This document shows, one piece after another, positions 16,969-26,882 of a DNA stretch of 32,000 nucleotides (its first letter is position 1; each line of letters begins with the position of its first letter). The position numbers were made by a program, and so were the translations under genes. The stretch lies in contig NC_009776.1 in NCBI RefSeq assembly GCF_000017945.1, positions 1,140,001 through 1,172,000 of the forward strand, written 5' to 3'. Under the pieces are notes generated by a model. It saw only the letters and a program-made list of their open reading frames with translations, was not told where the DNA came from and ran no database searches. This DNA is from Ignicoccus hospitalis KIN4/I (lineage in GTDB: Archaea; Thermoproteota; Thermoprotei_A; Sulfolobales; Ignicoccaceae).

Positions 16969-18121
16969 ACTGTTCCAAGAGCCTCTTGGTCTTCTCCTTT
17001 ACTTTGTCCACCTCTCCCCAGTCCACGGGGTGTAAGAAGAACTTGTCAGCCTTGTCCGCTAACTTCAACTTCCTCTCGTGGTGCTCTTTGAGGATCCTCA
17101 CTATGCCCTCATAAAGCTTCTTCTTACACTCGCCGCAAAGCACTTCGCCCCTCCTACAGCGCCCCTTCCACTCCTCAGCCTCCTTGGGGTCCAAGACGAA
17201 GGCTTCCAACCACTTGAAGACCACGCACCTCTCCGGGTCCCCTCCCTTCTCCCTCTGCTCCTTCACCGTGGGCTGGCCGCCCGTCAAGGCCTTCCAAATT
17301 TTCTCCTTTATCACTTTAGGTGGGTCGTCCAAGAATATCGCCGTCTCGGGCTTGCTAGCGCTCATCGGTTCCCCGGTCAGCCCCGGCAAGTACTTGCTGT
17401 GTAACGCGGCGGGCTTGGGGAGCTTCTTCCTCTCCGCTATGTCCCTGCTCAACCTTATGTAGGGATCTTGGTCGATGGCGATGGGGACTAAGGAGCGGTA
17501 CCCCTTTCTGACGGTCGGGAAGAGTATGTGCGCGGACTGGACGACGGAGTAGAAATACTTGCCGGGGTTGTCGCTGTCGGTGAAGCCGAATACTGCCTTG
17601 ACCTCGTTCAAAGTGACTTCCGTGCTGAGCTCCACGGACATCTCGTATATTTCTGGGGTTTTTGTGGAAATAAAGAAGTAAGTCTTCTTCTCGTCGAATC
17701 CCAAAGCGGCGATGTCGAGAGCGTTGTCATAGGCGTAGAACGCCGCCTCCCTCAAGCTATCTACCTTCAAGAACACGTACTTCTCGTCGTCGCTCAACGG
17801 TATGTAAGCCGGAACCTTGAAGGTCTTCTGCATCCAAGCGACGAAGTCGAAGAGCAGCATGTGGCCCAAGTGCATTACGTTGGAGGGCCCCCTCCCCGTT
17901 AAGATGGCGAACTCCTCTCCCCTCTCCCAGCCTTCAAGGACTTTGTCGAAGTCCCTGTGGGCGAAGAAGTAACCTATTTCGAACAGTTTGTGCCTCTCGG
18001 GGAGTTTGTTTAGGACCTCTTCTGACAAGGGAGTGACGCCGAACACCTTGATCAAGCGGTCATAATCGGTGCTCTTCTGGAGGTCCCCGTTCAAAGGGCT
18101 GTCCCCGGTCAGGAGGGGCAC
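16955..18121 (-). CDS. trpS: Tryptophanyl-tRNA synthetase
   Basis: Class I HIGH-like PSNVMHLGHM and KMSKS-like GEPMSASKPETAIFL motifs; archaeal/eukaryotic TrpRS type. Confidence 0.94.
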   Translation of the reverse strand: MPLLTGDSPLNGDLQKSTDYDRLIKVFGVTPLSEEVLNKLPERHKLFEIGYFFAHRDFDKVLEGWERGEEFAILTGRGPSNVMHLGHMLLFDFVAWMQKTFKVPAYIPLSDDEKYVFLKVDSLREAAFYAYDNALDIAALGFDEKKTYFFISTKTPEIYEMSVELSTEVTLNEVKAVFGFTDSDNPGKYFYSVVQSAHILFPTVRKGYRSLVPIAIDQDPYIRLSRDIAERKKLPKPAALHSKYLPGLTGEPMSASKPETAIFLDDPPKVIKEKIWKALTGGQPTVKEQREKGGDPERCVVFKWLEAFVLDPKEAEEWKGRCRRGEVLCGECKKKLYEGIVRILKEHHERKLKLADKADKFFLHPVDWGEVDKVKEKTKRLLEQFNLS

Positions 18122-18188
18122 AACACTATTTTAGGCGAGCGAGGACGTAGCTCCAGAGAGCTCGACTAGTACCAGTTCCGGGGGTGAG

Positions 18189-18521
18189 GTGTCCTTGCCC
18201 AAGACCGTGAGCGACAAGGATCTTGAGAAGCTCCTAGAAGAGATAACCGATACCGAGACCGAAGATATAATGAAGAAGAACGACCCCAAGTACAAGTGGA
18301 TAAGACAGATAATGATATCCGCGAAGAAGTACCACAAGCTGTGCCCGTACTACGACAAGAGGACCGGTAAGTGCTTCTTGGAGTTCGACTACAAGTGCGA
18401 CAGAGCGGGCAAGTTCGACGGCTGCCCGGTCTTCATAAGGTACTTAGAGAAGAAGTACGACGAGTTGAAGGCCAAAGGCAAGCGCCTACCCATGGACTTC
18501 ATGGACTTGTCGCTGGTGTGA
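18189..18521 (+). CDS. Conserved hypothetical protein with C-x9-C-x7-C-x8-C motif
   Basis: KLCPYYDKRTGKCFLEFDYKCDRAGKFDGCPVF; preceded by SD-like ggggtgaggtg. Confidence 0.75.
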   Translation: MSLPKTVSDKDLEKLLEEITDTETEDIMKKNDPKYKWIRQIMISAKKYHKLCPYYDKRTGKCFLEFDYKCDRAGKFDGCPVFIRYLEKKYDELKAKGKRLPMDFMDLSLV

Positions 18522-18676
18522 CCTTGGACTGCGTTATCAAGGCGAGGATAGTTAAGAAGTACGGAGACCTGTTTTTGATTGAAAATGAGTTGGGCGGGAT
18601 AGCGCTCATCCCGTCCAAAGAGCTGTGCAACGCGATGAACAAGTTAGGAATATGCATAGAAGGGGTCAAGTGTTAG
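18518..18676 (+). CDS. Small conserved hypothetical protein (52 aa)
   Basis: GTG start overlapping the previous TGA (GTGA), MTLDCVIKARIVKKYGDLFLIENELGGIALIPSKELCNAMNKLGICIEGVKC, TAG stop. The track shows a longer out-of-context start. Confidence 0.6.
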   Translation: MTLDCVIKARIVKKYGDLFLIENELGGIALIPSKELCNAMNKLGICIEGVKC

Positions 18677-18898
18677 TTAAGCCCCTAGCACCACCAGGCT
18701 GGAGCCCTTACACTCCGCCCTCCCCTCGCACCGCGCCACAAAGCCGGGCGCGTCTGAGTAGCCCTCCAGCTCGCACGGGGCGCTCAGCTTCACGTGGACC
18801 GCCTCCTTACAACACTCCTTCCTAACGGCCTTGCCCTCGTCGTTGATCTCGTAAAAGCAGTACTTAGTGCCGTCATAAGCGACAATAACCCTTGACAA
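18677..18898 (-). CDS. Small Cys-rich hypothetical protein
   Basis: 73 aa, MSRVIVAYDGTKYCFYEINDEGKAVRKECCKEAVHVKLSAPCELEG...; abuts the convergent gene. Confidence 0.55.
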   Translation of the reverse strand: MSRVIVAYDGTKYCFYEINDEGKAVRKECCKEAVHVKLSAPCELEGYSDAPGFVARCEGRAECKGSSLVVLGA

Positions 18899-18917
18899 GC
18901 CCTACCCCCGGAAGGCC

Positions 18918-20228
18918 TTGAACACGCTTCTAAAATACTACAAGCTGCTCGTGACACTGCCGAGGGACGAGGTCGCCTACGCGCTGGCCGCCCTCTCGGC
19001 TTCTGCCTTGAGCCTTAGAGACCCCTTAACGCTGCTCTCCCTAATCGTCTTTTCTATTTTATTTTACGAGGAAAGGGTGCTGAACGGGAGGAGGCTCGCC
19101 TTCCTTATTGCTCTATCCTCTCTCGCTTCCCTAGCGGGGAAACGCCCCCTAGCTGCCCTCTTCGAGGGCGTCGCCGCGGCGCTGTACTCGCCTAACCCCC
19201 TCTTGATACTGCTTGCCCCCAACGTGCTGTACCTAGCCAGCCCGGAAGCAGTCATCGCCTTGATGCCCGTAATCCTAGCCGTAGTTTATGGAAAGCTCGT
19301 CGGCACGGTTGACTTCGGAATAGCGTGGCTCAGGGCGTGGATGGGCGACGACTACTGGCCCCTCGAGAGGTTCGTCCACGACCGCGGGAGGACTAAGGAG
19401 GCCAAGGAAATAAGGGTCGGACCGCTCGTCTTCACTGATGCACACTTCGGCTTGATGAGGTACTCAATGGGCTCGGTGCTGCCTCACCTAATGGCGTTAA
19501 ACGGGGCCGTGCCCCACCGCTTGTGCGGTTCGCACGAAAACAACCCGGCCTCGAGGTGGGAGGCCTACGCCTTGGTCAGGGGGCTAAAGCACGGGCGGGA
19601 GGGCAAGGCGGAGTTGACGAAGATGAAGGGGGAAGGAGTTAACGTCTACGTCTATTCGTTCGAAGGGGGGTGCGTCGCGGTAGTGGAACACCCCTCCGGC
19701 GCGGACGACTTGCCTTGCGTGGAGTGGAGGTGTGAGGTAGCTGACCCGCACAACGCCGAGGGGCCCTCGCCGTCCCCCCAGAAGCTCTTGGAGGAGCTGA
19801 GCTCTTGCGAGCCGACGGAGAGGGTAGAGTTGAAGGAACCGAAGGTCTACGAGGTCGAGTTCGAGGGGGAGGGGCTGTGCGAGCGCAAGGGCTTCTTAAT
19901 AGACTGGGGACCGTTCAAACACGCGGTGGCGTTTGGGAACAACGCCGTTAATGGAAAGAACAAGTTGGAAGGGATTGACTTAATCAGCACGGTAGACGAC
20001 CACAGTTGCGCGGGCTTCGGGAGGAGTACCTACGAGCCGTCCTCCTTCAAGGGCTTCAAGGTAATAAAGGGAAGAGCTGAACCGATACATATTGCAATTA
20101 ATAAGGTAAAGTACGTTGCAATGGGAGAATCTATGGTTAGCAAAGAAGCTGAAGAGGTCACGGTCAAGTCAGTGAAGGTGGGGATCGCGGCGGCCGCCTC
20201 CGCAATAATGATCGCGCTGCTGGCGTGA
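18918..20228 (+). CDS. Membrane protein with large soluble C-terminal domain, possibly DUF2070
   Basis: N-terminal hydrophobic helices, then FTDAHFGLMRYSMGSVLPHLMALNG...GSHENNPASRWE and STVDDHSC, reminiscent of archaeal DUF2070 proteins. Confidence 0.75.
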   Translation: MNTLLKYYKLLVTLPRDEVAYALAALSASALSLRDPLTLLSLIVFSILFYEERVLNGRRLAFLIALSSLASLAGKRPLAALFEGVAAALYSPNPLLILLAPNVLYLASPEAVIALMPVILAVVYGKLVGTVDFGIAWLRAWMGDDYWPLERFVHDRGRTKEAKEIRVGPLVFTDAHFGLMRYSMGSVLPHLMALNGAVPHRLCGSHENNPASRWEAYALVRGLKHGREGKAELTKMKGEGVNVYVYSFEGGCVAVVEHPSGADDLPCVEWRCEVADPHNAEGPSPSPQKLLEELSSCEPTERVELKEPKVYEVEFEGEGLCERKGFLIDWGPFKHAVAFGNNAVNGKNKLEGIDLISTVDDHSCAGFGRSTYEPSSFKGFKVIKGRAEPIHIAINKVKYVAMGESMVSKEAEEVTVKSVKVGIAAAASAIMIALLA

Positions 20229-20300
20229 GCTCAGACAGCCACCGCGTCCCCATCCCTTCGGGAGTGGTCGGGATGGTCATCATCGCGCTCAAAAACGCGA

Positions 20301-22091
20301 TTAGGGACTCAAGGAGGAGAGCTTCTCCATGAACCTGGCGTACAAGTCCTCTAGCTTCTCCAGCTCCTCGTTCCTCACAGTAAACCTGCTCCTTATGAGC
20401 TCTGCGACCTCCTCCTTTACCGCCTCCCTTATTGTGGCGACGGGTACCCCGGCGTTCACCAGCTCTTTAGCCTTCCTGTAGAAGTCTATGATTATCTTCA
20501 TCATGAGGAACTGCTTCTTCGGAGAGCAGAACGCGTCTATGGGGTCGAAGGCGTTCTGCTGGAGGAAGGCCTCCTTTATGATCCTAGCCGTCTCTATTAT
20601 CAGCTTGTCGGGCTCGCTGAGGCTCTCCGGCCCTACGAGCCTCACTATCTCCTTTAGTTCGTCCTCCTTGAGGAGTATGCTCATCATTTCGTCTCTGTAC
20701 TCCTTCCACTTGGGGCTTATGTTCTCGTGCCACCACTTAGCTACGGTGTCTACGTACAAGCTGTAGGACACCAACCAGTTGATGGCCGGGTAGTGCCTCG
20801 CGTAAGCCAAGCTCGCGTCCAGCGCCCAGAAGACCCTCACGAACCTCCTGGTGTGGCTGGTGACGGGCTCGCTGAAGTCGCCTCCTGGCGGGGAGACGGC
20901 CGAGGCTATCGTGACGCTCCCCACCCTCTCCGGCCTGCCGGGGATCCTCGCCCTGCCGGCCCTCTCGTAGTACTCCGCCAACCTGGAGGCCAAGTAGGGC
21001 GGGAAGCCCTCCTCCGCGGGCATCTCCTCCATTCTGCCGGCGATGTCTCTGAGGGCCTCGGCCCACCTGGAGGTGGAGTCGGCTATCAAGAGGCTGTCAT
21101 AGCCCATGTCACGGTAGTACTCAGCCAAGGTGACGCCCACGTAGATGGAAGCTTCCCTCGCCGCTACGGGCATGTTAGAGGTGTTGGCAACCAATATAGT
21201 CCTCTCCATAAGCGGCCTGCCGCTCCACGGGTCCTTGTAGTGGGGGAAGTTTACCAAGACGTCCGTCATCTCGTTGCCCCTCTCGCCGCAGCCGACGTAA
21301 ATGACCACCTTGGCGTCGCTCCAAGCGGCTAGCGTCCTCAAGGTGACCGTTTTGCCGGAGCCGAAGGGGCCGGGTATGGCGCCGGTCCCGCCCTTGGCCA
21401 TGGGGAACAATGTATCGAGCACCCTGACGCCGGTTATCAAGGGGGTCACTGGCTCGAACTTCTCCTTGACCGGCCTAGGCCTCCTTATCGGCCACCTGTG
21501 GTACATCTTGAGCTCTATCTCCTTACCCTCGTACTCGACCACAGCTATGGTATCTTCTATGGTGTACTCGCCGGCGGGGGCCAACCACTTGAGGGTGGCC
21601 GCCTTGTCCACCGGCACTACGTTGGGGGGCACCATGACCTTGTGCTCGATCAAGGGCGTCTCCGGGACGGTGCCTAAGATATCGTCGCCGCTCACCTTGT
21701 CCCCGGGCTTGAGCTCCGGGTTGGGGCGCCACTCCCACTTCTTGGAGCGGTCGAGCGAGGGTACCTTGATGCCCCTCTTTATGAACGGGGACTTAGCGAC
21801 CTCGTGTATGCTCTCCAGAGGCCTAAGTATGCCGTCGAAGATGTGGCTGAGGAGGCCCGGCCCCAGCTCGACGCTGAAGGGCGAGCCCGTACCCACTACG
21901 GGCTCTCCGGGAGTTATGCCTGTGGTGTCCTCGTACACTTGTATGACCGCCTTGTCTCCCGTTATTCTGGTTACCTCCCCCACGAGCCCGTCCTTGCCCA
22001 CTTCCACCACTTCGTACATTTGAACCCCTTGCATGTCCTCGGCGATGACGACCGGACCACGTACTCTAAGAACCTTGCCCTTGACTGCCAT
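20301..22091 (-). CDS. atpA: A-type ATP synthase catalytic subunit A
   Basis: [69 protein letters not shown]. Confidence 0.97.
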   Translation of the reverse strand: MAVKGKVLRVRGPVVIAEDMQGVQMYEVVEVGKDGLVGEVTRITGDKAVIQVYEDTTGITPGEPVVGTGSPFSVELGPGLLSHIFDGILRPLESIHEVAKSPFIKRGIKVPSLDRSKKWEWRPNPELKPGDKVSGDDILGTVPETPLIEHKVMVPPNVVPVDKAATLKWLAPAGEYTIEDTIAVVEYEGKEIELKMYHRWPIRRPRPVKEKFEPVTPLITGVRVLDTLFPMAKGGTGAIPGPFGSGKTVTLRTLAAWSDAKVVIYVGCGERGNEMTDVLVNFPHYKDPWSGRPLMERTILVANTSNMPVAAREASIYVGVTLAEYYRDMGYDSLLIADSTSRWAEALRDIAGRMEEMPAEEGFPPYLASRLAEYYERAGRARIPGRPERVGSVTIASAVSPPGGDFSEPVTSHTRRFVRVFWALDASLAYARHYPAINWLVSYSLYVDTVAKWWHENISPKWKEYRDEMMSILLKEDELKEIVRLVGPESLSEPDKLIIETARIIKEAFLQQNAFDPIDAFCSPKKQFLMMKIIIDFYRKAKELVNAGVPVATIREAVKEEVAELIRSRFTVRNEELEKLEDLYARFMEKLSSLSP

Positions 22092-22163
22092 ACCTTTACC
22101 TCCTCTCTGGTGCTCTTCCCAGCGCCTTAAAACGACTTGTCCGTTGGAGGGAAGGGGGAGGGC

Positions 22164-22379
22164 TCAAGTTTCAACTCTCACTACCTTCATTCTGGACGTA
22201 TGACCCTTAACTATCTCTACTTTCTTCGCTTTGAAATACTTCTTCAAAAGTTTCAATAGTTCCCTATTGGCCTTCCCTCCCTCCGGGGGAGCGGCGACGC
22301 GCACGACCAAGCAGCCGTCCTCCTCACCCACCACTTCGCTCTTGGGAGAGTTCGGCTTCACGCATACCTTTATCAGCAT
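22164..22379 (-). CDS. DUF167 (YggU-like) family protein
   Basis: VCVKPNSPKSEVVGEEDGCLVVRVAAPPEGGKANRELLKLLKKYFKAKKVEIVKGHTSRMKVVRVE. Confidence 0.9.
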   Translation of the reverse strand: MLIKVCVKPNSPKSEVVGEEDGCLVVRVAAPPEGGKANRELLKLLKKYFKAKKVEIVKGHTSRMKVVRVET

Positions 22380-23370
22380 TCGACTTCTCCAAGTACGCCC
22401 TCAGGCCGGACTCGAATTTCTTTGCGTTAACTCTTAGGAACAGCTTATGCATTATCTTTTCTATGAAGCTGTAGTTCAAGTTCCCCCCGGCGGCCGCCGG
22501 ATGACCCCCGCCGGAGAACTCCTTGGCCAGCTCGCTCAAGTCGACCCTTTCGGTCCCCCTCCTCATGTGTAGACTGCCGACGTCACTGACGAAGGCTATG
22601 ACGTCGTAGGTCCTCTTCTTCCTTATTTCTTCGGCCATAAACGATACGTGGGCGACGTCCTTCAGTTTGATGGGGACCATTACGTAGCTTATCCCGTCGA
22701 CCTCCCCTTCTACGGCCTTTTTCAAGTATTTTTGCAAGCTCTCCTCCATCTCCCTGAGGGCCTCTTCGTAGGCCTCCTCCCAGTCGGCGTCCCAGCCGAC
22801 GCACTTCCACAGCTTGTCGATCAAGAACCTTCTCCACCTTCTGTTTCCAAGGGCTATGCTCATCTTCTCGCTCCTGGGATCTTTTCTAATCCATAGGTCT
22901 ATATCGCAGCTCAGTTCGACTAACTCTTCACAACAGTCACAGAGCCTCGCGCCCCTTTCCTTTGCGTACCTCGCCGCAAGCCCCGCTCCGCACGTAGACC
23001 TGTCGTAAACCAGCTCGTCCGCCAGTTCCTTGATTTTCTCTAAGGCCCTCTGGCTCCACTTGTGGTGGTCCATCCAAACGAGCTTGAACGTCCTACCCCT
23101 CAGAAGGCCCTCCAGCTCCTCCAGCTCGTGGTCGTTGGGCCCTATGTCGACTACGTAGAGCAAGTCCGGCTTTTGTCTTATAGCCTTCTTCAAGTTTTTT
23201 AATACCTTCCTCCTCGAGGTGCTTATCGAGACGAAGTCGTCTGAGCTGTGAAGCCTAAAGAGGGCCACCGCGCCCATAATGCCGTCGAAGTCGTTGTGGT
23301 GGACCACAACGACTTTCTTCCTCTTCGCCGGCCTCTTGGGCCTGCAGAGCTTACAAATCACCGACGTCAC
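22324..23370 (-). CDS. DHH/DHHA1 family phosphoesterase
   Basis: VVVVHHNDFDGIMGAVALFRL, VWMDHHKW, C-terminal EFSGGGHPAAAGG. Confidence 0.88.
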   Translation of the reverse strand: MTSVICKLCRPKRPAKRKKVVVVHHNDFDGIMGAVALFRLHSSDDFVSISTSRRKVLKNLKKAIRQKPDLLYVVDIGPNDHELEELEGLLRGRTFKLVWMDHHKWSQRALEKIKELADELVYDRSTCGAGLAARYAKERGARLCDCCEELVELSCDIDLWIRKDPRSEKMSIALGNRRWRRFLIDKLWKCVGWDADWEEAYEEALREMEESLQKYLKKAVEGEVDGISYVMVPIKLKDVAHVSFMAEEIRKKRTYDVIAFVSDVGSLHMRRGTERVDLSELAKEFSGGGHPAAAGGNLNYSFIEKIMHKLFLRVNAKKFESGLRAYLEKSNADKGMREAELSQERSGG

Positions 23371-23395
23371 AGCCCTTCACGCCCCGGTGAGCCCC

Positions 23396-24232
23396 GTGAA
23401 GGTAAATTTTGTCCCTAAGAGGCTCCCGGTAGTTACGGGCGAGTGGTTAAAGAGGCTTCTCCCCGGAGGTAGGGTGGACGAGTGGGGAGCGGTCTTAGAT
23501 GTTCAAAGCTCCGAGGGAGCGATAATAATAAATGGGCTGAGGGTTCCGACCGACGAGTTGGAGTACGTAATCAAACGCATGGGCAACACCCTCCACGCCG
23601 TGACCCCGGAGGGACTCTTGCCCTTAGTCGTGCGCTCGCGCCACTTCTACAAGCTGAGGGGTCTGGAGGAGCCCGGCCCTCCCACCCTTGAGATAGACGG
23701 AGTCCACATGCACAGGATAGCCGGCACCGACCCTTGGAAGGACGCCTTGTCCAAGGTGAGGAACGCGAGGGTGAGGAGCGGTCACAAGGTATTGGATACT
23801 TGCATGGGCTTGGGCTATACTGCAATAGCAAGCTTGAGAAGGGGAGCGACGGTAGTGACGGTGGAGAAGGACCCTAACGTGATTCAACTGGCAGAGTGGA
23901 ACCCTTGGTCTTGGGAGCTCGTTAAGGCAGAGATATACAACGACGACGTATCTACATTCATAAAGAGGGTGGAGGACGAGACGTTCGACAGGATAATCCA
24001 CGACCCGCCGGTTATCACAATGGCTGGGGAGCTGTATTCGAGGGAGTTTTACGAAGAGCTGTACAGGGTGCTGAAGCGCGGGGGAGTGCTCTTCCACTAC
24101 ACCGGCTCCCCAAAGAGGCGGAGCGGGGTGGACTTGGCCAGGGGAGTTATGGAGAGGTTGAGGGAAGCCGGTTTTGAGGAGGTTAGGAGGGCCCCGGACG
24201 CCTTGGGGGTGGTCGCGCGAAAAAGCCGATGA
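23396..24232 (+). CDS. Class I SAM-dependent methyltransferase
   Basis: GHKVLDTCMGLGYTAIASLRRGATVVTVEKDPNV...DRIIHDPPVIT. GTG start at 23396 chosen because of SD-like ggtgag just upstream; the track start 23279 runs into the divergent DHH gene. Confidence 0.85.
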   Translation: MKVNFVPKRLPVVTGEWLKRLLPGGRVDEWGAVLDVQSSEGAIIINGLRVPTDELEYVIKRMGNTLHAVTPEGLLPLVVRSRHFYKLRGLEEPGPPTLEIDGVHMHRIAGTDPWKDALSKVRNARVRSGHKVLDTCMGLGYTAIASLRRGATVVTVEKDPNVIQLAEWNPWSWELVKAEIYNDDVSTFIKRVEDETFDRIIHDPPVITMAGELYSREFYEELYRVLKRGGVLFHYTGSPKRRSGVDLARGVMERLREAGFEEVRRAPDALGVVARKSR

Positions 24233-24244
24233 AGACATTCCATA

Positions 24245-25030
24245 TCAATTCTTGAAGAGGGATTCTACATACACCTTGCTGCGCTCCTCGACCCTCTCGA
24301 AGAACTCCTTCACGAACGCCTCAGGCCTCTCCGACCAGCTCTCGTCGGGCAGCTTTGCCTCCGAGAATGAAAGGATGGAAGATTCTAGCAACTTGGTCTT
24401 CAACCCCCTGGGCTTTGACCCCATCGCTATCATTAACTCCTTAGTTTTCGCCACTATTTCGCCGAGTTCCTTTGGAAGGTCTATCTTCACGCCCATTTCG
24501 TCGCACGAAATCGATGAGATTCTTATACCCACCACGTTCTGGCTCTTCTTTCCCAGCTCCTTCATAGCGAACCTCTTTAGCGCCTCCTCGTCAAATTCCT
24601 TCAAAGCGTCTGTGAGTCTCCTTATCGAAAATATAACCTCAGCAACCGTCTTCGAGTGCTCGCAACTAATTATCACGTTCAAAATGGATTCCTTCAGCGC
24701 TTCTACCTCACGATAGAGCCCCTCTGCCTCTTGGCGAAGAGGCGAGTTCGGCGGCGTAGAAGTTGATATCAAACGCACCAAGGCCGCTAGCCCCGAAATT
24801 ATGCTTAATAATTGCACCATGCGTACGAACGAGCTTTCCTTCCGGCGCGACTCCTCCTTAGGCCACAAGTTGGTCAAGACGCTCTCTAGGGAATCAACGT
24901 CGACTTCGCGCAAGTTATTGGCGATCTTCTCCGCCTCGGAGTGGTTGGTCGTTGGCGGCTTGATGAACGTCTTTATTAAAGGGTATTTCGACAAATGCTT
25001 CTTTCCTATTCTCATTTGTATGTTTTCCAT
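24245..25030 (-). CDS. Hypothetical protein with one hydrophobic segment and helical regions
   Basis: ORF 24245..25162; ATG at 25030 (MENIQMRIGKKH) is a more plausible start because the first 44 aa look non-coding. Confidence 0.6.
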   Translation of the reverse strand: MENIQMRIGKKHLSKYPLIKTFIKPPTTNHSEAEKIANNLREVDVDSLESVLTNLWPKEESRRKESSFVRMVQLLSIISGLAALVRLISTSTPPNSPLRQEAEGLYREVEALKESILNVIISCEHSKTVAEVIFSIRRLTDALKEFDEEALKRFAMKELGKKSQNVVGIRISSISCDEMGVKIDLPKELGEIVAKTKELMIAMGSKPRGLKTKLLESSILSFSEAKLPDESWSERPEAFVKEFFERVEERSKVYVESLFKN

Positions 25031-25199
25031 CCTTGGGGGGCTGCTGGTCCTCGTGAAGACGTTGGCGGCGTCGTCGGAGGCGTTAGTGGCCGAGCTCAGC
25101 GTCGTCCACCCTCGGTTTAAGGCGGAAGGATAGATTTGAGTCTTGAGAACGCGTCTGTACACTAAGGTAGCTTAAAAAACAAAGACTAAGTGCGTTAAG

Positions 25200-25691
25200 T
25201 TAGGAGTTCCTCTGCCTCCGCTTCCTAGCCCCCAAGAGGGCGGCTGCCCCGAGGGCCGCTATCCCGGCGAACGGGATGGATAGCTTGGCGGCATACATGA
25301 CTATCTCGGCGTCTAACTCGCCGCCGTTGCTCAAGGTTATGTTAATGACGGCGGAGGCAGTCTTGTTGGGCTCGAGGAGCAGCGTGAAGTTTTGGGAGCC
25401 CGTAGCCACGTTGCCGAGGTCGTCGCTGGCCGTCACGTTTATCGAACCTACTACCTCCAAGTTGCCTATCAGCGTTGGCGTGTGGTCTATGTCTATGGTG
25501 GTAGTAAACGGCACGTTAGGAGCTTCCTTAACTCCTTGAGTGGTGAAGGAGAACGGGCCTACCGTTAAAGCCACGGTGTAGGTGTAGGTTATCACCACAC
25601 CGCCCGTCCCTGGCTTGAGGGTCAAGGCGATGTAGTTGTTTGCTAAGACTGGTAGAGCTACGAGGATCAGCGCCAATAGGCCTTTCCTCAC
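25200..25691 (-). CDS. Secreted/surface protein with signal peptide and C-terminal TM plus basic tail
   Basis: MRKGLLALILVALPVLANN signal; NVT, NFT, NKT, NIT sequons; FAGIAALGAAALLGARKRRQRNS tail. Confidence 0.75.
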   Translation of the reverse strand: MRKGLLALILVALPVLANNYIALTLKPGTGGVVITYTYTVALTVGPFSFTTQGVKEAPNVPFTTTIDIDHTPTLIGNLEVVGSINVTASDDLGNVATGSQNFTLLLEPNKTASAVINITLSNGGELDAEIVMYAAKLSIPFAGIAALGAAALLGARKRRQRNS

Positions 25692-25750
25692 CGCACCTCA
25701 CCGCATCAGCGGAATAGACGGTTCGAGCCTTTAAAACTAGGGTGTCTGGG

Positions 25751-26629
25751 CTACTCCACTACCTTAACGTTTAGTATAGTTTCGAGGACTTTGCCGAACA
25801 CATAGCTGCCTATAGCTGTAGCCAGCAGTAGGCTCACCGTCTCTAAGTACTCCCTCTTGAAGTCCTTCTCTTGTATTGTAGCGCTATAATAGATGAACAG
25901 CCCCATTATTAACATTGCCAATAGCAGCGACGTACCGAAGGCTATCGCGACGCTGCCTATTAAGAAGTACGGGAGAGCTAGTAGAATCACAGACAATAAG
26001 TAGCTTATCATAGTGACGGCCGCGCTGACCGGAGGCCTTACCGACGGGTCGTGCTTAGCTTGCACGTAGGCCGCGCTGCCCATCGAGAGCGAGGCCGAGA
26101 AGCCGACTATCAGGCCGGCCATTCCGGCCACTACTGGGTTGTCCGTAGCTCCCAAGAAGCCCGCGTGGACACCGGTTATCTCTACGACGGAGTCTGCGAG
26201 GCCTAGGGCCACGTACCCCACGTACTTGGCTCGTGCGTCCTCAACCATCTCCACTAACTTCTTCTCGTGTTTTAGCTCGTCTTCCAGTATCTTCTTTATC
26301 TCCTCCTTCTCTTTTGCAAATTCTTCCGACTCCAGTAAGTTCTTGTAGAACTCCGCAGACACCTCCTCGCCGCTTTCCATCTTCTTTAAGATGAAGAGAG
26401 GGCCGAACAGCCTTCTCATTACCTTCAGTAGGAATTTGTTAACCTTGACTTCGCACTCCCTCCCCAAAACGGACCTCCAGAACTCGTAGTGCCTCCTCTC
26501 GTCCTCCGCCAGTTCGCTCAATAACTTCCTAGTCCTTTCGTCCTTCTCCATTTTCGCGAGCTCTGAATATACTATCCACGCCGCCTTCTCCGCCTTACAC
26601 CCAGCCTCCGCCACCGCTTCCTTGTTCAC
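25751..26629 (-). CDS. Ferritin-like domain fused to a VIT1/CCC1 transporter domain
   Basis: N-terminal ExxH-type ferritin-like helices (EDERRHYEFW, EDELKHEKKL) followed by LGLADSVVEITGVHAGFLGATDNP...LSMGSAAYVQAK. Ordinary TAG stop. Confidence 0.88.
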   Translation of the reverse strand: MNKEAVAEAGCKAEKAAWIVYSELAKMEKDERTRKLLSELAEDERRHYEFWRSVLGRECEVKVNKFLLKVMRRLFGPLFILKKMESGEEVSAEFYKNLLESEEFAKEKEEIKKILEDELKHEKKLVEMVEDARAKYVGYVALGLADSVVEITGVHAGFLGATDNPVVAGMAGLIVGFSASLSMGSAAYVQAKHDPSVRPPVSAAVTMISYLLSVILLALPYFLIGSVAIAFGTSLLLAMLIMGLFIYYSATIQEKDFKREYLETVSLLLATAIGSYVFGKVLETILNVKVVE

Positions 26630-26861
26630 AAGCCTTCACCTTCGGTCAGTGAGGGGTGTAGGTAGAAATATAGAGTGAAGGCTCTCCGCTTATGTTTCGA
26701 AACCAAACCGACGTAGGGTAGAGCTGGACCACAAAACTTAAAAAATATGTCATGACGTGAGGAGGTACCAAGCTCACGTACACACTTATTATGGTTATTG
26801 TTGCGTTTCCGAGGGGCACTGGAAGTGATAGAGGCCGACGCTTCCCAAGGAATTTCCCCCT

Positions 26862-26875
26862 GGGGGGGGGGGGGG
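26862..26875 (+). repeat. G14 homopolymer immediately 5' of a start codon
   Basis: Sequence tttccccctggggggggggggggtgagaacgtg; GTG start at 26883. Confidence 0.9.
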
Positions 26876-26882
26876 TGAGAAC

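Noticed and set aside
20488-22130. Plus-strand ORFs opposite atpA (20488, 20727, 21301, 21804)
   Set aside because: Shadow frames of a highly conserved catalytic subunit; no domain content.
24801-25133. 110-aa plus-strand ORF with hydrophobic segments
   Set aside because: Antisense to the better-supported 24245..25030 frame; its apparent TM segments may reflect the complementary strand.
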